Part shown: positions 1 to 14,507 of the stretch, piece after piece
How the letters are laid out: every line of letters starts with the position of its first letter
Position numbering within the stretch: position 1 is the first letter of the stretch
Origin: Ptychomitrium polyphyllum
Lineage: Eukaryota
Assembly: GCA_973851085.1 (NCBI GenBank)
Contig: OZ316775.1
Coordinates: forward strand, 7,502,001-7,566,000
Length of the DNA: 64,000 nucleotides
Direction: 5' to 3'
Notes under the pieces: model-generated
Databases searched by the model: none
What the model was told of the DNA's origin: nothing
Seen by the model: only the letters and a program-made list of their open reading frames with translations
Translations under genes and position numbers: made by a program

Positions 1-1544
1 ACTCGAATGCGATGCTTGCCGACCTCCTTCCCTTTGTACTTTCTCTCGAGTATTTTGAAATCTGTGGCCATATTTGAGCATAGCAGTCACACAAAAGCCC
101 TCAGCTAAAGCACTCTGCAAGTGAGCCGCCGTTCAAGGCAACTGCTTGTAATTGGGAGAATATCAGAACTGGAGATAGTTTCTTTAAGTCTAGTGATTGT
201 GTACACTTGTGCCCCTTCTGTAATGCTGAGATACGTATGAGATGGACATGATGAAATTGATCTGATACAGATTGTTACCAGTGTTGAGCTGGGTCTTGTA
301 TTTTTGGCCTAGCCATGTAAGTGCCATATCAATGAGGAAGACCTTGAGTGACTTCACAGCCATGGCTGATTCCACCACCGTGCGATTGTAACACACATCG
401 TAAATCACATACGTGTTTCCTTCTGCATCACCAACATAGAATTTTGAAGCTGAGTACTGTTCGATTTGGAAGGCATGCGATCTCTCTTGCCGTGGCAAAA
501 GAAAAACATCACCAGTGTACATGCATTATACAAATTCTGTTGCATCAGTAGGAAGTTGAAGGGAGCCTAACTCTTATCCATCTGTAAAATGGGGTCCAGA
601 CAACTGCAAGGGAAGCGCACATCAGGACAATCCGGATCAGTACTTGGATTAAAATTCTGAAGCTTAGCCCTTAGTTCGTCAACTGTTTCTAGTGTTTCCT
701 CGCCATAGTCTGGCGCTTCAATCTGATTCATGACAGATGGCTTAAGTGCTGAATTCTTTTCCAAAAATCTTATTAAAAGAACATTGGTTGCAGTATCAGT
801 TCATGCAAGACAAAATGTTCGTATACTATTCAATACCAATTCGATGACATTGTGACAGATATGGCAAAACTCACTTATGCTGATGCTGGAATGAAACCTA
901 ATCGCCAAAATGCAATGCAATTATCAGTCATAATACAAGCTATTACCTTATGGGAACCGCACATGTTTATGAAAACTTTCTGTTGCTTCTCATTCTTCGT
1001 CTTTAGCACAAAAAAAGGCTTAGGAATTATCTCATCGCTCGTGGGAGCAGGATCCGGCATTGTGGCGTGTGATGGAATCTTCAGACCTTCATCGACGGGG
1101 CAGTCCTTTGGACAGTCTGTTTGAAGGCTGTTTTGCATCGCTCCAAGTAGATGCTAACCCCCAAACATTTCAAATCACATTTATAAGTTTCTCTCATAGC
1201 TGCAATGCGTTAAATGAGGAGATTATCCAATTCAAGATTCAAAGACCTCAAATCAAGTGTACGATACATTAGTGGAGTAGAACGGACACATTCACATGGA
1301 GGTTTGGCCTAAAAGTCCATGTTCAAGATGGAACAAATAATAATAGGGTCGGCATCAGAAATGACAGGGTGGAGCTAGGAGATATAATATTCACATCGAG
1401 TTCAGGATTGGGTTGTCCAACTCCTTCAGCTCGGGCTTTCTGGTATGCCATAAGCATTTTCATTACACTCTCAACCTCAACATCCGATACCCCACCACCT
1501 GCAGGCTGACGATCGCGATATTGAATTTCTTGCTCCATAGTCAT
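1..1544 (-). CDS. PIH1-domain protein (R2TP / axonemal-dynein-assembly co-chaperone family), 3' part outside window
   Basis: Phase-consistent GT-AG exons 1395-1544, 1296-1308 (predicted micro-exon), 947-1116, 572-722, 279-422 and <1-61. They give PKPFFVLKTK...KVFINMCGSHKIEAP...DKKGNTYVIYDVCYN...KVFLIDMALTWL...DFKILERKYKG..HRIR, matching my recollection of the PIH1 N-terminal domain pattern. Confidence 0.8.
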
Positions 1545-3351
1545 TTTTGGAGCAAAAAAATAAATGTCTCTTTTAAACTCCAAACAGCTCTCTAATGTCT
1601 GTCCCTGTGTGTTCAAGTAGCTGTTGTTAAGTATAAATGCATGACACGAAAAGACAAAGGCAACAACGTTTTTGGAGTCGAAGTTTATACTTAAGTACAG
1701 TCTAAAACAACAGTTAAATTAGATATGCATATCATGATCAAACGTAATGATTATGCACTTACCTACCCAAATTAGTTTATGAGGTCGAGCAGCTTATTAA
1801 ATTAGATAATGGTCAACTTGTAACAAGGAAGATCATCATTGTTAAGAATAGCAACCTGACAGATGGGTTGACTTACATGAGGCGGCAGATTGCCCACGGT
1901 TTCTTCAAGGCGTAATCCAACTCACATCGTTTTGGCAGCTCGTGTAATGTGATTGTGAGGAAGAACTTGACTCCAGCAATGTTCAATTTTCCTTTTGACA
2001 TAGTTTCCCAAACCCAATTTCACATCCTTAAGAGTTTCAGGACATTTCACGTCCTCCTAAATCATGTTTCTCTAAGATGTAGTAAATAGGCGTTGTGGCA
2101 CTAAACCCTATTTTCCAACTCGTACGTTGTCTTATCGAGGAAAAGTATAAAAGAATGTCAAGCAGCAAAATTATTAAGTGTACAGATTATCATAGACTCT
2201 CTAAAGCCAGACAAAGTATACACTAGGAAGCCTAATTAATGATCAGAGGAGGTCATTCACAATCGCTACAAGTCGCAGCTTCAGCTTCACAGCCGGCCTA
2301 CAGGACATTGAGTTGAAATCCTGAAGCAGTGAATCAGTTCTGACGCGAACCTTCAGCATAACATACTTCACTGCAGATGTGTCGAAGACATTTTCACAAA
2401 TCAACGTAATCAATCAGAAGCGGTAGGAGTAACCTTAGCTAAATGTTCGATTCCTGGCCGCTGATAAAGCCGGACACTGTTGGTCGGCTTATTGTAACTT
2501 GTCAACGCCAATACTGTGATATTGCCCAATCACTCGTTTCAGACCTAACTTTTGCCACACCTTCAGAAACTTGGAGACATTTATGTTGAACCCAAAAAAA
2601 TAGGGATAGAAAAATGGCATGTAGTGAATAATGAGGTTTGACACTTGGCTCACCCCAGATAAGCATATACATTCAGTAAAATACTCTTGAATTGATAAAT
2701 CTACTCTTAACAGTGTAATTTTGTGTACAAACATAATGCGAAATTATGTTTCCAAGGCAGCTCTGCAATATTTTGACGGATGATGGGTCAGAGAAGGGTT
2801 AGTGCCAGATTGAGCAAGAGCCCTCCGATCAACCAACAAGAACAATCTTGGACGCCTGTGATTCAAGGAAACAACTTGGCATTATGTACTGTAACCTGAT
2901 CGCCGCTCCCGCGACTCACTGGTTACATAGTCGACAGCAGCGATAAGGCATCGCGCAATCTACAGAAATGAAGTATGTTGTCTATTCCCTCCCAAGGATA
3001 GAGGAAGAGATCATTCATTGTCATTAAAAATTTTAAATATTAACGGTGTAAACTCTTCTGATATGCTACCTACAATTACAGATGATAACCTATTTCTTGT
3101 TCACTCCTGACGCTATCCACATACTGAGGCATGTGATCAAGGCGACGAGGAAAGTCCAATCAGCTAAGCTCTTTCAAGGGCAACCTGCGCAAGCGAGCGC
3201 AATCCAATGAATATCAACTAAAACTAAAAATACATGTTATCTGATCTGAGGTCCACAGCCTGGACCTCAGCGATAACAACGATATCATGATTTGGGATGT
3301 AGTTCACTGAACGATAAAGCGAAAATCCAGAAAGATGCTTATCAGACAAAA

Positions 3352-6300
3352 TTACCGTCTCCTCCTTGTCGCTGGTTGGGACTTTTGAGACATGACATTC
3401 TGATGTTGTGACCTTGTGAAACGTGCCCGTGAGTCTATCGAGGTATTCTCTGAGTCATCAGCATCTGAAGTTTGCACAGACTGTCTCCGAGTCTGAAATT
3501 GGACACCCGCAATGTCAGAGACAACCACACTGGCATATCAAATAACTGGAATCAAAAACATTTTAATCTATTACGTAGAGGAACTTCAAATGGTCTGCCT
3601 TGAATGAAAACATAATTTACACAACTAGAACAGGCCAACATTGACATTGAACAATATTACTATTGGAAGTGGTGCGATTTTTAGTACTTTGCTCGTGATA
3701 TCTAGTTTTAGGTAGAGGCAGTGAGCAAGAATTTAGGATATGCTGCATGATCTGAAAGTTCCTTAGACCAAGGTAGGCTAAGTTACCTTTCTAGTCACGG
3801 CAGGCTTAAGGACTTCCTTGGCAGACTCCGACGACTGCTCGGAAAGCTGAAACTGATCGTCATCACTGTCCACAAGCTGCTTGCGTACCTACATCCGATC
3901 CAAAACAAACAATAAAAGGCCGAGTTAGGGATTCCCAGAGCGTTGCTTGCAAGATAATTCCAATGGTGAAACAGATTTAAGAACATCTTGAATGACAAGG
4001 TAGATACGTACAAGTCTTCTTAGACGAGGTTTGAGTTTCTGGGAATGTGTATCTTCTAAATGTTGTATAACCTCTTCTCTGTCAGCGTCGTCACTTTCGA
4101 GCAATTGTGACAGGCCCTGAAAGAAAAGATATTATAAACAATAAGCAATGGCTATCTGAAGTCCCGACGCGTACGTACACCTCACTATTGAAACAATTTC
4201 ACAATTTCAAGGAAGATCAGGAACTGAAGCAGACAACTGCGTTGAAATTCAGTACCCACATCAAAGTGATTTAGTGCCAAAATCGTGACGTGGACTTAAA
4301 TACCTTCTTATTTGCAGTGAGTTTCAATTGAGCGGTGGAATAGGATGCCCTTCGAGATTGTTTCTCGTCCTTAACTTGCACTTGAGTTCGACCCTGCACA
4401 CAAAAAGAGAACTTTTGATTTCCAAGAAGGAATTATTGCTTGATGCCTATTAAGCAAGAGGACACTCTAAACAACGAAGTATTGTTACACAAGGGTAACT
4501 TAAATGAAATTAAATCGACACGACATATCAATACTAATTGCCTCATAACCTACCCTTGTCCTCCTGGGAAACTTGGGGCGGCCTGTCAAGTCACTCGCTG
4601 CCTCTGATTGTTCGGAGCCAGTATCAGAAATTTCCTGTGTTATATAATCTTGTGCATCGATGTATTTTTGGGAGCGAAAATTCTCCGTGTTGGTCAACTT
4701 ATCTGAAAGATAGCCCTCTGTATTCTCAGGAAAGTTAGAACCGTCTGGGGACTGCTGATTTATTCCATTCTCGACCTCATTATCCGTTTCGCTTGCACTT
4801 GCAGTCTCACTCACTGCTTCACTGCCACTGGCGGTCTCAGCCTCTTCGCTGCTCGTTCTTTCAGCAAACACAACGCTGGTCTTCAGTGATGTTTTTCTTC
4901 TCGACACTCTCGTCTCTTGTTCATTTCCAGAAGCCAGCTCAACAGCCACATGTAAATCATTGATGTTGCTCTGTTCTGTACATCGATTCGCCAAATTTTC
5001 GTTTGACAATGCTTCCGCTTCTAGGTGGTCTGCACCTGATTCATTACCTTCATCTTCTGTGGCAACCCCATCATTATCACTTTCTCCTTCGGAAACCCGG
5101 TCACCCGTAGGTCCATTGTCCTGAAATTGGGCACTGTCTGCGTGCTCATTGGACCTGTTTTGATGAGCCTGAGCATTCTGCATAGCCAGATCATGTTCCT
5201 TCCTCTCTTCGTGACATTTGGCGATTCTGGATTCAAAATCGTCTGCCATGGCCTTTGTTTCTGGCTTCGCGAATTTCTTCACCTGTCAGCACGCATGCAT
5301 TCGCGAGATTAGGAACTTGCTTAAAAGTTGAATAATAGAAAGTAGGATTGAAATTCTTCAAGTTCCAAAAGTAGCACCAACAGACTATGTTATCTCACCT
5401 TGCCGACTATGCTTCTGAAGTGTTCCACAACTTCCTCTTCGCCAAGTGCATTCTGATATTTCGGGAACAGCTCAATCATTTTCTTTAAGCTCTTATCCGT
5501 GTAGGTAAGCTGCGCCATGCAATAAGATAGATCTTTCCACTGCTTGGCATCTGTACAAATGTTTAAAGGACTCATTAGGATTACATAATCGACACTCATG
5601 AAACAAAAAACCGCAGACGCATGAACTTGCAACTGAGAGCTGTGCTCATATGCTGTAATACGCGGAAGTATTCAGGGATATCATAATTTTGGAACTGTTT
5701 CTACGTAATGAGATCGCAATATTAATTCAAAAATTATAATTCACTTTCTAGCTTTCGTCGACGATATAAATAATTTAGGTTGATATCACTGCAAAGTAGA
5801 TGTAGATTGTCTTTCTCAGTAAAAATTGCTTAGGACCTACCGGAGGTGCCGGGGAAACGGTGGCAAAGTTTTTCAAATAGTCCCTCTTTCTGCTTGTCCT
5901 GTAATCAAAACAAAACTCATTATACGAATTTTCTGGAAAATAACAACAAAAGAAACTAAGTAAAATAAATAAGTGATAGTAATAAAGGTTGTCATCGATG
6001 TGCGGACCTTAGTGATTGCATTGATAAGGAACTGCATAACACTCCGAAAGGTCTCTTGTGGCAGATCAGTCTGACTTGAAAGTCGGCTGAGAATGTCTGG
6101 GAGCAGATTGTAAATGGGATTGTTTCCTGTACAAACAAGGGAGCTGTAATGTCAATTTTTTCTTACATTTCATTTGATATGTGTAAGCAATTTTTACTAG
6201 CACTTTGACCTTACACTAGAAACCAACCCTTTCATAATAAATAAAGGACCAGAAAATGCTTTTGATCCTAAGGAAAAAGAGTAGACCTGGGAGTTTGATA

Positions 6301-9300
6301 CCTTTTTAAATGTGATGATTGATATGAGATTACAATTGCATTTTGCGTACACAAAGACGCTCACCATAGAAACACACTATGTCTTGCAACTCATAGCAAA
6401 CATTTAAAACTAAATCTTTCTCATTGAAGTTGGCTCTTCCCAAGATAACCACACAAACTCACCCTTATTAGAAAGTTCATGAAAGAAAAGTTTCACAAGG
6501 TTTTGGATGCGTTCATCCTCATCCTCTAACCGCAGAACCATCTCGCTAATGTGCCCCTTGACCTGGATAAGAAATTCAACAGTATCTGCATTAGAAATAC
6601 ACATCACATTAACAGGAGAAGATACTATCTGTTAAGCATTCATATATCGTGATAGTTCTTTGAAGAATTCAAAGAACTTAACAATAGGACTTATGAGTAT
6701 TTCTAGAATCATTCATACGATAAGAAAGTAAATGTTTGTCGATCTTACTAAAGGTATATGAGTTCTTGCTATTTGACTACGTCCAACTGATCTGTTCCAA
6801 CTATGAAGTTCTCGCTTACAATTCGAGAAGTGTACAGCAAGAGAACTACCTTGACCATATCATTGAGGATGAGATGAGTCAAAACGAGAACTGCATTCTT
6901 TCGAACTTTTCGGTCTTTGTCACTGAGGCGAGCATACATGTGCTCAGTCCAAGGCTCCAGCACGTTGGGAAACCGAAATGCCAAGTCGCCCAGGGCAATA
7001 ATACAGTTTGAACGCACTGCAGCCTCCCCTGAAGTTTGTGCTGCTGTAAAGAGTAGTTGCAAGTTCTGGTCGCTGCAATGTTGAAATCAGCCATGTTCGG
7101 TTACAGTATTCAAGGTGAAGTTACTTGTTGTCAGTCAAAACTTGTGAATAACAATTATAAACTGAATTGAGAAATATCAAAGCAGATTGAACGCATAAAA
7201 ATTCAGTATAAGAACAAAAACAGCATGCGAAGTTTCAGAAGACATCGTGAAGGTTCTGAATCATAAGAGGAATTTCAGTGGACATCTCTACACCTTTACC
7301 GACTCAAACGCCAAGATCAACAAACAAGTGTAGATTTGCAGATTTTCCAGGGGAAAAGAGACTAAAGTACATACCAGAAGTCCGCATCAATTGCCATAAG
7401 CTTGCAAAGAGCAAGCATAGCTGAGACTCGCAATTGTGGATACTGCGTACAAGGACAGAACAGATGGTTATTGATTTTGAAATAAGATTGTAGATTCTGT
7501 AGCTTATTTACCAAGGAAGCTTCAGAGTGCAGCGGACAATCACATGGACCTCTAAAGTAGATTGCATTACCTGCTGCATGATGGTCGAATTACGACAGAT
7601 TTTGGCAACAATAGGTGCCATAGCGCCTATGAGGAATTTTTGATTGCTTTCGCCAGAGATTATCTCAGATTCAGTTCTCTCAAGAAATAAGTCTATCCTT
7701 GCATCTTCAGAAGCTGCCAGCCCCAGTTCTACATCAATGCTCTCAACCTGTACCATTTCAAGACTCGTGGTAAGTTTGGTGGCTTAATCTGCACTAAGAT
7801 ACATTACGCAATTGATGACTAAACCTAAAGGTCACTAATTGCTGTAAAATTTTAGCCAATCGGAGCCATCATACTTCTGAACCAATCAAAAGAATATTCA
7901 AACGGGTACTATCAAGATGATCCTCGTTCTCCATGAATATCACTATGTTAAAAAGAAAATGATGTGAGTACTAACCTTTGCTTCATTGCTGGCTATATGA
8001 GAAGGACTTAGGCCATCACTAACTTGCAAATCAGCTGCAGCATCTGCTGCAGCTTTCTCTTTGTCAGCTCTTTGCTTTCTTAATTTACGTACACACGATT
8101 CAACGTAAACAAGATGCTTAAGAGCAATATGAGCCAATGCGAAGAGGAAGCGACTAAGAGAAGAAGCCTTAGGTTCAACTCTATCAGTTTCCACTCTTGC
8201 AGGACTTCCTGAAACTCCATTCTCCGAGGTCCTACGTTCTTCCAAGGATGAAGATTCATGAGTCTTCTTGTAGACTGTGCCGAACACTAACTTGGAGAAC
8301 TTCAGAAGAAGTCCCGAGGCAAACTTCTCCGGGGTTGGATGAAGAGCATAGATTGCATTGATGGCTTGCTCTGCAGCTGAATACCAGCCTTCCTCTGGTA
8401 AACCTGCTCAAAATTAACCTTGTCATGAGATTGGACAATGAGTCACAATGTACTGCTGCTGAACGACTCCCACAAGTGGAAATTGGATGGCAAGTAAAAT
8501 AGCTCACTGGAAACGGTTTACTCAGGCGCTATAAAAAAAAGGTGACAGCAAAGAGTACATTTCGAACTCAGGCTACACGTCCACTTAAATATATCTATCA
8601 AACCCAGCTTATGACAAAGCAATGGAATTCAAGGTTGAAATCGAAAGAGCCCTCAACAGAGACGGTCGACACTTCTGTATCGTTTACTTGAACTAGCTTG
8701 TGATCAGGCAGGATATAGGGCCAAACTCACCTGGTGCTATAATCAAACTGGATAAGATACTGAAGATCTTGTGGTTTGATCCAAGGTTGACCCTATCACT
8801 GTCGGATAGACGCTGAAGTGCAATGCACGCATATCTTGCAAGTAGGGGGTCTTCTCTAGCACGTCGACCAAGTCCAATGTCCATTACACTTTGGAAGTGA
8901 GAGCTAATTATCCGAGGTTGGGACTTGGCAGCCATGCACAAAATAACAAGAGCTCCTCGACTTTTCTGAGGTGTAACATCGGGAGCATTGAACGTAAAAT
9001 AGTTCCAGAGGGCAGCTACCTGCACAAAGCCACTCTTTCAGAAACAAAAAATCTGTTGTAAAGAGCAAACTGTATGTCAATGCCTGTGTATTCTGTACAG
9101 ATAAGTATTGAAATCACAAAAATCAAAAGTGAAGCTAGAGGCTTTCAATACCGTGCCATGAGAGATATCCCCCTTCATTGTAAATTTGCTCACAAGAGCT
9201 TCAATAGAAGCTAGATCCCCGATGCTTGCGTCTAACGTAAGCATTAACAGATTTAGGGCTGTTTCAGATGGACTTCGCTTCATGTAGAGACTGGTAAAAG

Positions 9301-12300
9301 CTCCCTCCACAGCTTCATAAATGCTTTTCTCCTGAGAAAAGACCTGAGAAGGGCAACAGGGGAAACGACAATGAATTTATGTACATTATGGAAACAAATA
9401 GCTCGGGATTTGTCATGACTGAAGGGAACGTTGCTACTGCCAGCAAATATACGCCTTAAAAACGGGTGAAGCTTTCACGGTTACAGGTTCAATTGACAAC
9501 GGGAATGCAAGTAAGAGAGTGTTTCATCAATTTTTCAAAGCCATACACTGATGTGGTGCTCGAAGATTCAGATGTCGTGGCAGGATGCAAGGATGTTGTG
9601 CAGCATTATACATATGTGCAAGCCTTGTTTTAATAAAATGTGTCAACTTTTTAATATTTCAACTGCTGAGCCAAGGATAAAAGAGAACAACTTCGTCAAG
9701 AGGTCAAGCGTTAACGGAACGTACCAGAGGCAACATTTTTCGTAAACTGTCTTCAGCACCATCGATTTCAAATTGGCGGGCTAGTATCAGTAGAGTTATT
9801 GCGTGCTTGACATCGTCCGAAGATGATGAAGCAAGGAGCTGTTTAAGCACATCCATCACCCCTGCGATGCATCGTGCAAACTGCAACCCCGACTCTAAAG
9901 AAGCCACAAGAGCTCTAGTTTGTTCTAGTCCCCCTATATCTGTTGGAGAGGGTGCATGAAGCTCAGACTGCGTCTGTACAAGATCAGTAAGTCTAGTCAG
10001 ACAATTCTGCACGAGTGTGCATGGCATTTCTGCATAATGAACAGCTACGCACAAGGCACACAAAAAGTAACTACAACAAAACTAAAAGCATAAACAAGAA
10101 CGAGGGACATAAGTAAAAAATCAGAGCCGTATATTAGAATCACGAGCTATGTAGTAGCGCATTTTTCCATATAATGTACCTGAGATGAATCGTATTGTGT
10201 GTTCGGTGTATCTTCAACCAAATCTGCGTGTTCGTCCTCTGAAGCAGTATTCTTCTCCACATCAACACCATCCTCTGGTTCAGCCAAATGTGCTTCTGCT
10301 TCGCCAATTGATGGAGATGTCAATTCCAGTTCTCTTAGTTTTTCTTTGTACTGTTCAAGTGTAGCTTCGAAGGGGCCAGTTCGAAGACTCGGACCGAAAG
10401 GATTGAACTGAAGGAGAGTAGTCAATAACTGCAGAGCACTCTTTCTTACGATAGCCGCTTTGTCTTCCAATCTTCCAGCAGCAACGTGAGCCACCAGATT
10501 CCAGTGACCAATTGAAACTGCACTTTCCACGCAAAGGTTGGCCCAAGTTTGCAAAACTTTACTGCGAGTGTAGGAGCTTTTATCTCTGGCACGTTCCAAT
10601 AGAATTTCTACCATTCCCTGCGCAAGGGCAACACGTTCATGGTTCCAAAAGGTTTAGAAAAATGTGTAGAACTGAGTAATACAAGGACAGAGAAGAAAAT
10701 GCCTCCGTTCAGGACAACACATATGTATTAGATGACATTTTAAGCAAGAACTTCACATCCATGTAAGCTCACCTGCTTGCTGCGAAGCCTGACTATCTCA
10801 TCTCCAGCAGCATCAACAGAAGGATCCTTCGAAGCCTTCACAATCAGCGTACCAATCACTTGCACAATGGCATTGCGCATCTTATACGATTCACCATCCA
10901 GATGAGGAGTAATGATACTAAGGTTCACGGTCATAATCTTCGGCAAACGCTCTGCCATTGCCACCAGAAAAGCGCTTACACTATCAGCGCCAGAGTTATC
11001 ACGCTTAAAATCTTCAGGATTAATGTGACCAATTTCTCTTAAAACAGCCACTGGTAGGCTGCTATTGTGGTATTTTTCCTCCGCAAGAGCAACCAGCTCT
11101 GCAAGATAAACTGAAAGATGCTCATACTTGTGAAGCAGATTCAAGATTGTAGAAGTAACAGGAACGACATAGCCATATTTTGCTGCACAGGCCGCAACGA
11201 TGTTGCAAAGTGCATCTTTCAGATCCTTCTCCTTCACATATGCTGAGTTCTCAAGAAGAGAAAAAGCAGCTCTGCAAACACACCAAGGCTCCTCAATTAG
11301 GATACGCAAAGGACCAAACCGTGTAATCTACAATGCGTATAACATTCAGATCATTTGAGCGCATGCAGACAGCAAGAGGAACCAATTCAAAGTTTAGCCA
11401 AGGAAACTCATAGTTCTAGTTTTGCTCGAATATGTTCGCTGCCAAGACTGTTAACTCTACGTGTAAATGGCAAAGGTTGTACAGCATTAAGGTACCAGGC
11501 AAAACTTACTTGGCAAAAAAAGCAATCAAATTTTCCTCAGGTTGTGACATAGAGTAAAGCTGTCGAAGGTCTACTTGCAATGCTGTGGCAAGCAGGCGGA
11601 CAATACGAGTTCTATGAACATCCCAGTTCCACTTGGCAGGCACATGTGCCTTCCGAGGCTGTGTCTTCTTACCCTAATCGACCTCAGGGCAAGCAGTAAT
11701 AAGTAATCCGACACCAACTACAACCAAGTCGTGAACCACAAAAGAAGATATGTTCGTCTATAATATTACACTACCAAGGTCAAGAAAAAAACAAGTCTTC
11801 TTTATTTCAAGAATTGAAACGGACCCTATTTTACACGTGAATTTCTCCATACTAACAATATCGCTTTGAAAATGGTCGGTTGCATACCTTTCCAGAAGGA
11901 GCTTTCGTTACTGGTTCTACGTCTGCAGCTTCCTCCACAACCAGAATGGAGTGCAAGAAGTAAGAGTATATCTTTAGTGCATTCCGGAGCGATTGCATCT
12001 GCTGCAGCATGAATGCAGCATCCTCGCTTGACTCACCAGATGAATATGATACTGCCGTGATGGAAGGGTTAAGTACTGCGAAGTTGGAGCATAAGCTCTC
12101 AACCAAGCTCCCTCTCGCAGACGACTCTAAGAAGAAGAAACCTCTGCCATCAGACGTGCAAACACAAACACTCAATTCTTAGAAGCCCAAGAATCTCTAG
12201 AAAGTGAAAACACAACAAAATTCCGCCTTCACTATGAAACGCAGCTGCGTGTTAGAGAGTAAACATTAAGTGTTGGGACAAGTTGAAGCATGAGACTGAA

Positions 12301-13279
12301 CATTGCTGACATCATAATAAATTCTACGACGTTTAAACGACATTTAATAAAAATGTGAGTTTGGACTTGATTATAGCCAATCACGGCCAAACGAAAGAAA
12401 AATCAGTAACTACCGAGCAGGAGTCATCAAGAAATCTAACTAAGGGGGAAAAGGATAGAAACATTGTGTGACTCATAGGTGTAAATGTGAAGGTAAAGGT
12501 GATCTATGGTAAGCCCTACCTGACAAGAGAGTAAACTTGATCAAAAATGCTCTGCTCCTCAATACACCATACTTCCTTCTCAGCCAACTCATAAGACACC
12601 CCTGCCAGAAACCTTTCGACGTCAGTTTAACAATGCCACTGCATGAAAGAGAAATAACTACCCCAAGAGTAAGAGGATTTCAGAAGAGTGCCTTCGATCC
12701 TGTGCAAATGCAAACCTTCTTTATTGAACCTTTCTTCTATCTGCTTGTACCAGCAGTTCACGTTCTAGAAACTGAATTTTTGTAATATGGTTCTCACTGC
12801 AGCTCTCTGAAAATCTGTTCAAAGTACATAACTAAAAAAAGTTTGAGAAATAGACGTAGTTATGTAGTGCATCGGCCTCTTTTGAATACATTGACAAAAA
12901 ACCAGACTAATGCTGTTTGACCTTCCGTCCACATATTCCTTCTCAGGTTTCGTAATGACTACTGAAGCTTTAAATGAATGCTAAGCTTTTCATGACCGTT
13001 TCACCTGTTCAAGTGACGTCTAAGGGTAATGCATTACTTCATGGAAATTCCTTGACATCCTTGAAGCTCTGAAAGAAGTTTTTTTTGGATACACGTAGAT
13101 ATTGCTGAACCAACACATTATAGAAATCTATACTGATATGTACCTTTCACGAGATCGTTGACCTCATGAGCAGACAAATTCTCGACAAAGGTGACTTCCT
13201 GAGCGCAGAGCCGGTCTCCATTTTCCGCAATTGCTTCCAAATCCCGCAAAGAAGTCGGGATAACAAACACCGGAGCCAT
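3352..13279 (-). CDS. CAP-D2: Condensin I HEAT-repeat subunit CAP-D2 (Cnd1/NCAPD2)
   Basis: ATG at 13279 gives MAPVFVIPTSLRDLE..., resembling the plant CAP-D2 N-terminus. About 22 GT-AG exons. Cnd1 motifs include GESYKMRNAIVQVIG, RARDKSSYTRSKVLQTW, VRSNCIIALGDLAFRFPNVLEPWT and VRKNAVLVLTHLILNDMVKVKGHISEM. There is an acidic low-complexity exon at ~4555-5282. The last exon is 3352-3492 and ends ...PATRRRR*. Confidence 0.95.
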
Positions 13280-14203
13280 TTTCTTATATTTTGAACACTA
13301 TCCGTTTCAGTCTTCCAATTCTGTATGCGCAGGCCAATCCAGCTCAATACTATTTCAAGAGCGTCTCATCCAGCGTCGTCAGCTACATTCAGAAGCTTAC
13401 ACCTAGGTGCTTGATGATACATCCCAGACTACAAGTGAACTGGCTCACTATCATGCTCGTTGCCTGCTATTTTATCTTGAAGCACAATGTACTGCCCCGA
13501 CAACCCGACTTATCCTGATTACCAGCCCTTCGCTGTTCATAATCTCCACGGAACCCAAGGCTCACAGACAATTTCATTAATGTCCTTGCTGACTCTCCCG
13601 CTCTTTTAAGCAAATACATAGAGCTCTCCAGGTGCTTGATCTCCTGGTTCTGCCTCTGAAAAACAAAACCAGACCAATGAGTCACGCCGCTCTCGCACTA
13701 AAGCTCCACTTTATCACCTCTTGAACTCTAAGCTATTTCTTAACCAACCTCACCCTCATTAATTTGCTATTCCTGTAAGTGCCACATCAACGTTCCGATT
13801 CTTGTAAAAACAGAAAGAAGCGCCCGCTCTATCCTTTCCGTGCCAACACGCCCGAAGTGAGGGGAAAAAATTTCAGAATCTTTCCAAAGAACTTCTTGAA
13901 ATGCTAACTCAACAACAGAAGAACCAGCACAGTCAAGCATCCACTGCCCAAAGATATCACCACAAATACTGAAAAAGACACAAGAAACATAAAACTTTAA
14001 ATCCTAAATTCTAAAGAAATTTAAAAAAACCCTCAAAAGGCTCAGAAAACCTCCTAGCAACCGCGACGCACATCCACGCCCCGACGCACATTTCACGTGT
14101 GCTCGCCCTTCAACAAATCGAATCTCCATTTATCACCAAAACGATGGATCGGCGCCTCAAGACAGACCTCGACTAGTCTCCACACGAAATGCGCCATTAG
14201 CGC

Positions 14204-14507
14204 ACCAACGGCTAATTTTCAAAAAACGAAGCGCATCAAGAAACGCATACCTAAATGAAATCTGTAAAATATAAACAGAAGCGAGTCTCCGAGGTGAGAT
14301 CAGAGGACGGAGGCTCTTGGCGATGGAGCGGCAGCAAGATAAGAGCAGGAGAGAGCAGGAGAGAGGGACGGGAGGGGAGGTGGAGACGCCATAGCCAGAG
14401 GTAAGGAAGTGAGAGTGAAGCGGGGCCATAGCCGCGGGGTTCGTCCTGCCTGGTTTGAACGGACGGGCGAAGCGCAGAGCGGGAAATGCACAGGAAAGAG
14501 CGGGAGA
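14204..14507 (-). promoter_or_regulatory. Putative cell-cycle promoter module of CAP-D2 (MSA, CHR-like and E2F motifs)
   Basis: ACCAACGGCTA (14204-14214, MSA-like), TTTGAACGG (14454-14462, CHR-like TTTGAA overlapping AACGG) and GCGGGAAA (14479-14486, TTTCCCGC on the minus strand, a canonical E2F site). All lie in a GC-rich island around a pyrimidine-rich leader on the minus strand. Confidence 0.45.

Noticed and set aside
3352..13279. Functional link between the condensin gene and the tRNA/satellite locus
   Set aside because: They are 30 kb apart with unrelated genes between. Proximity alone is not evidence in a eukaryote.
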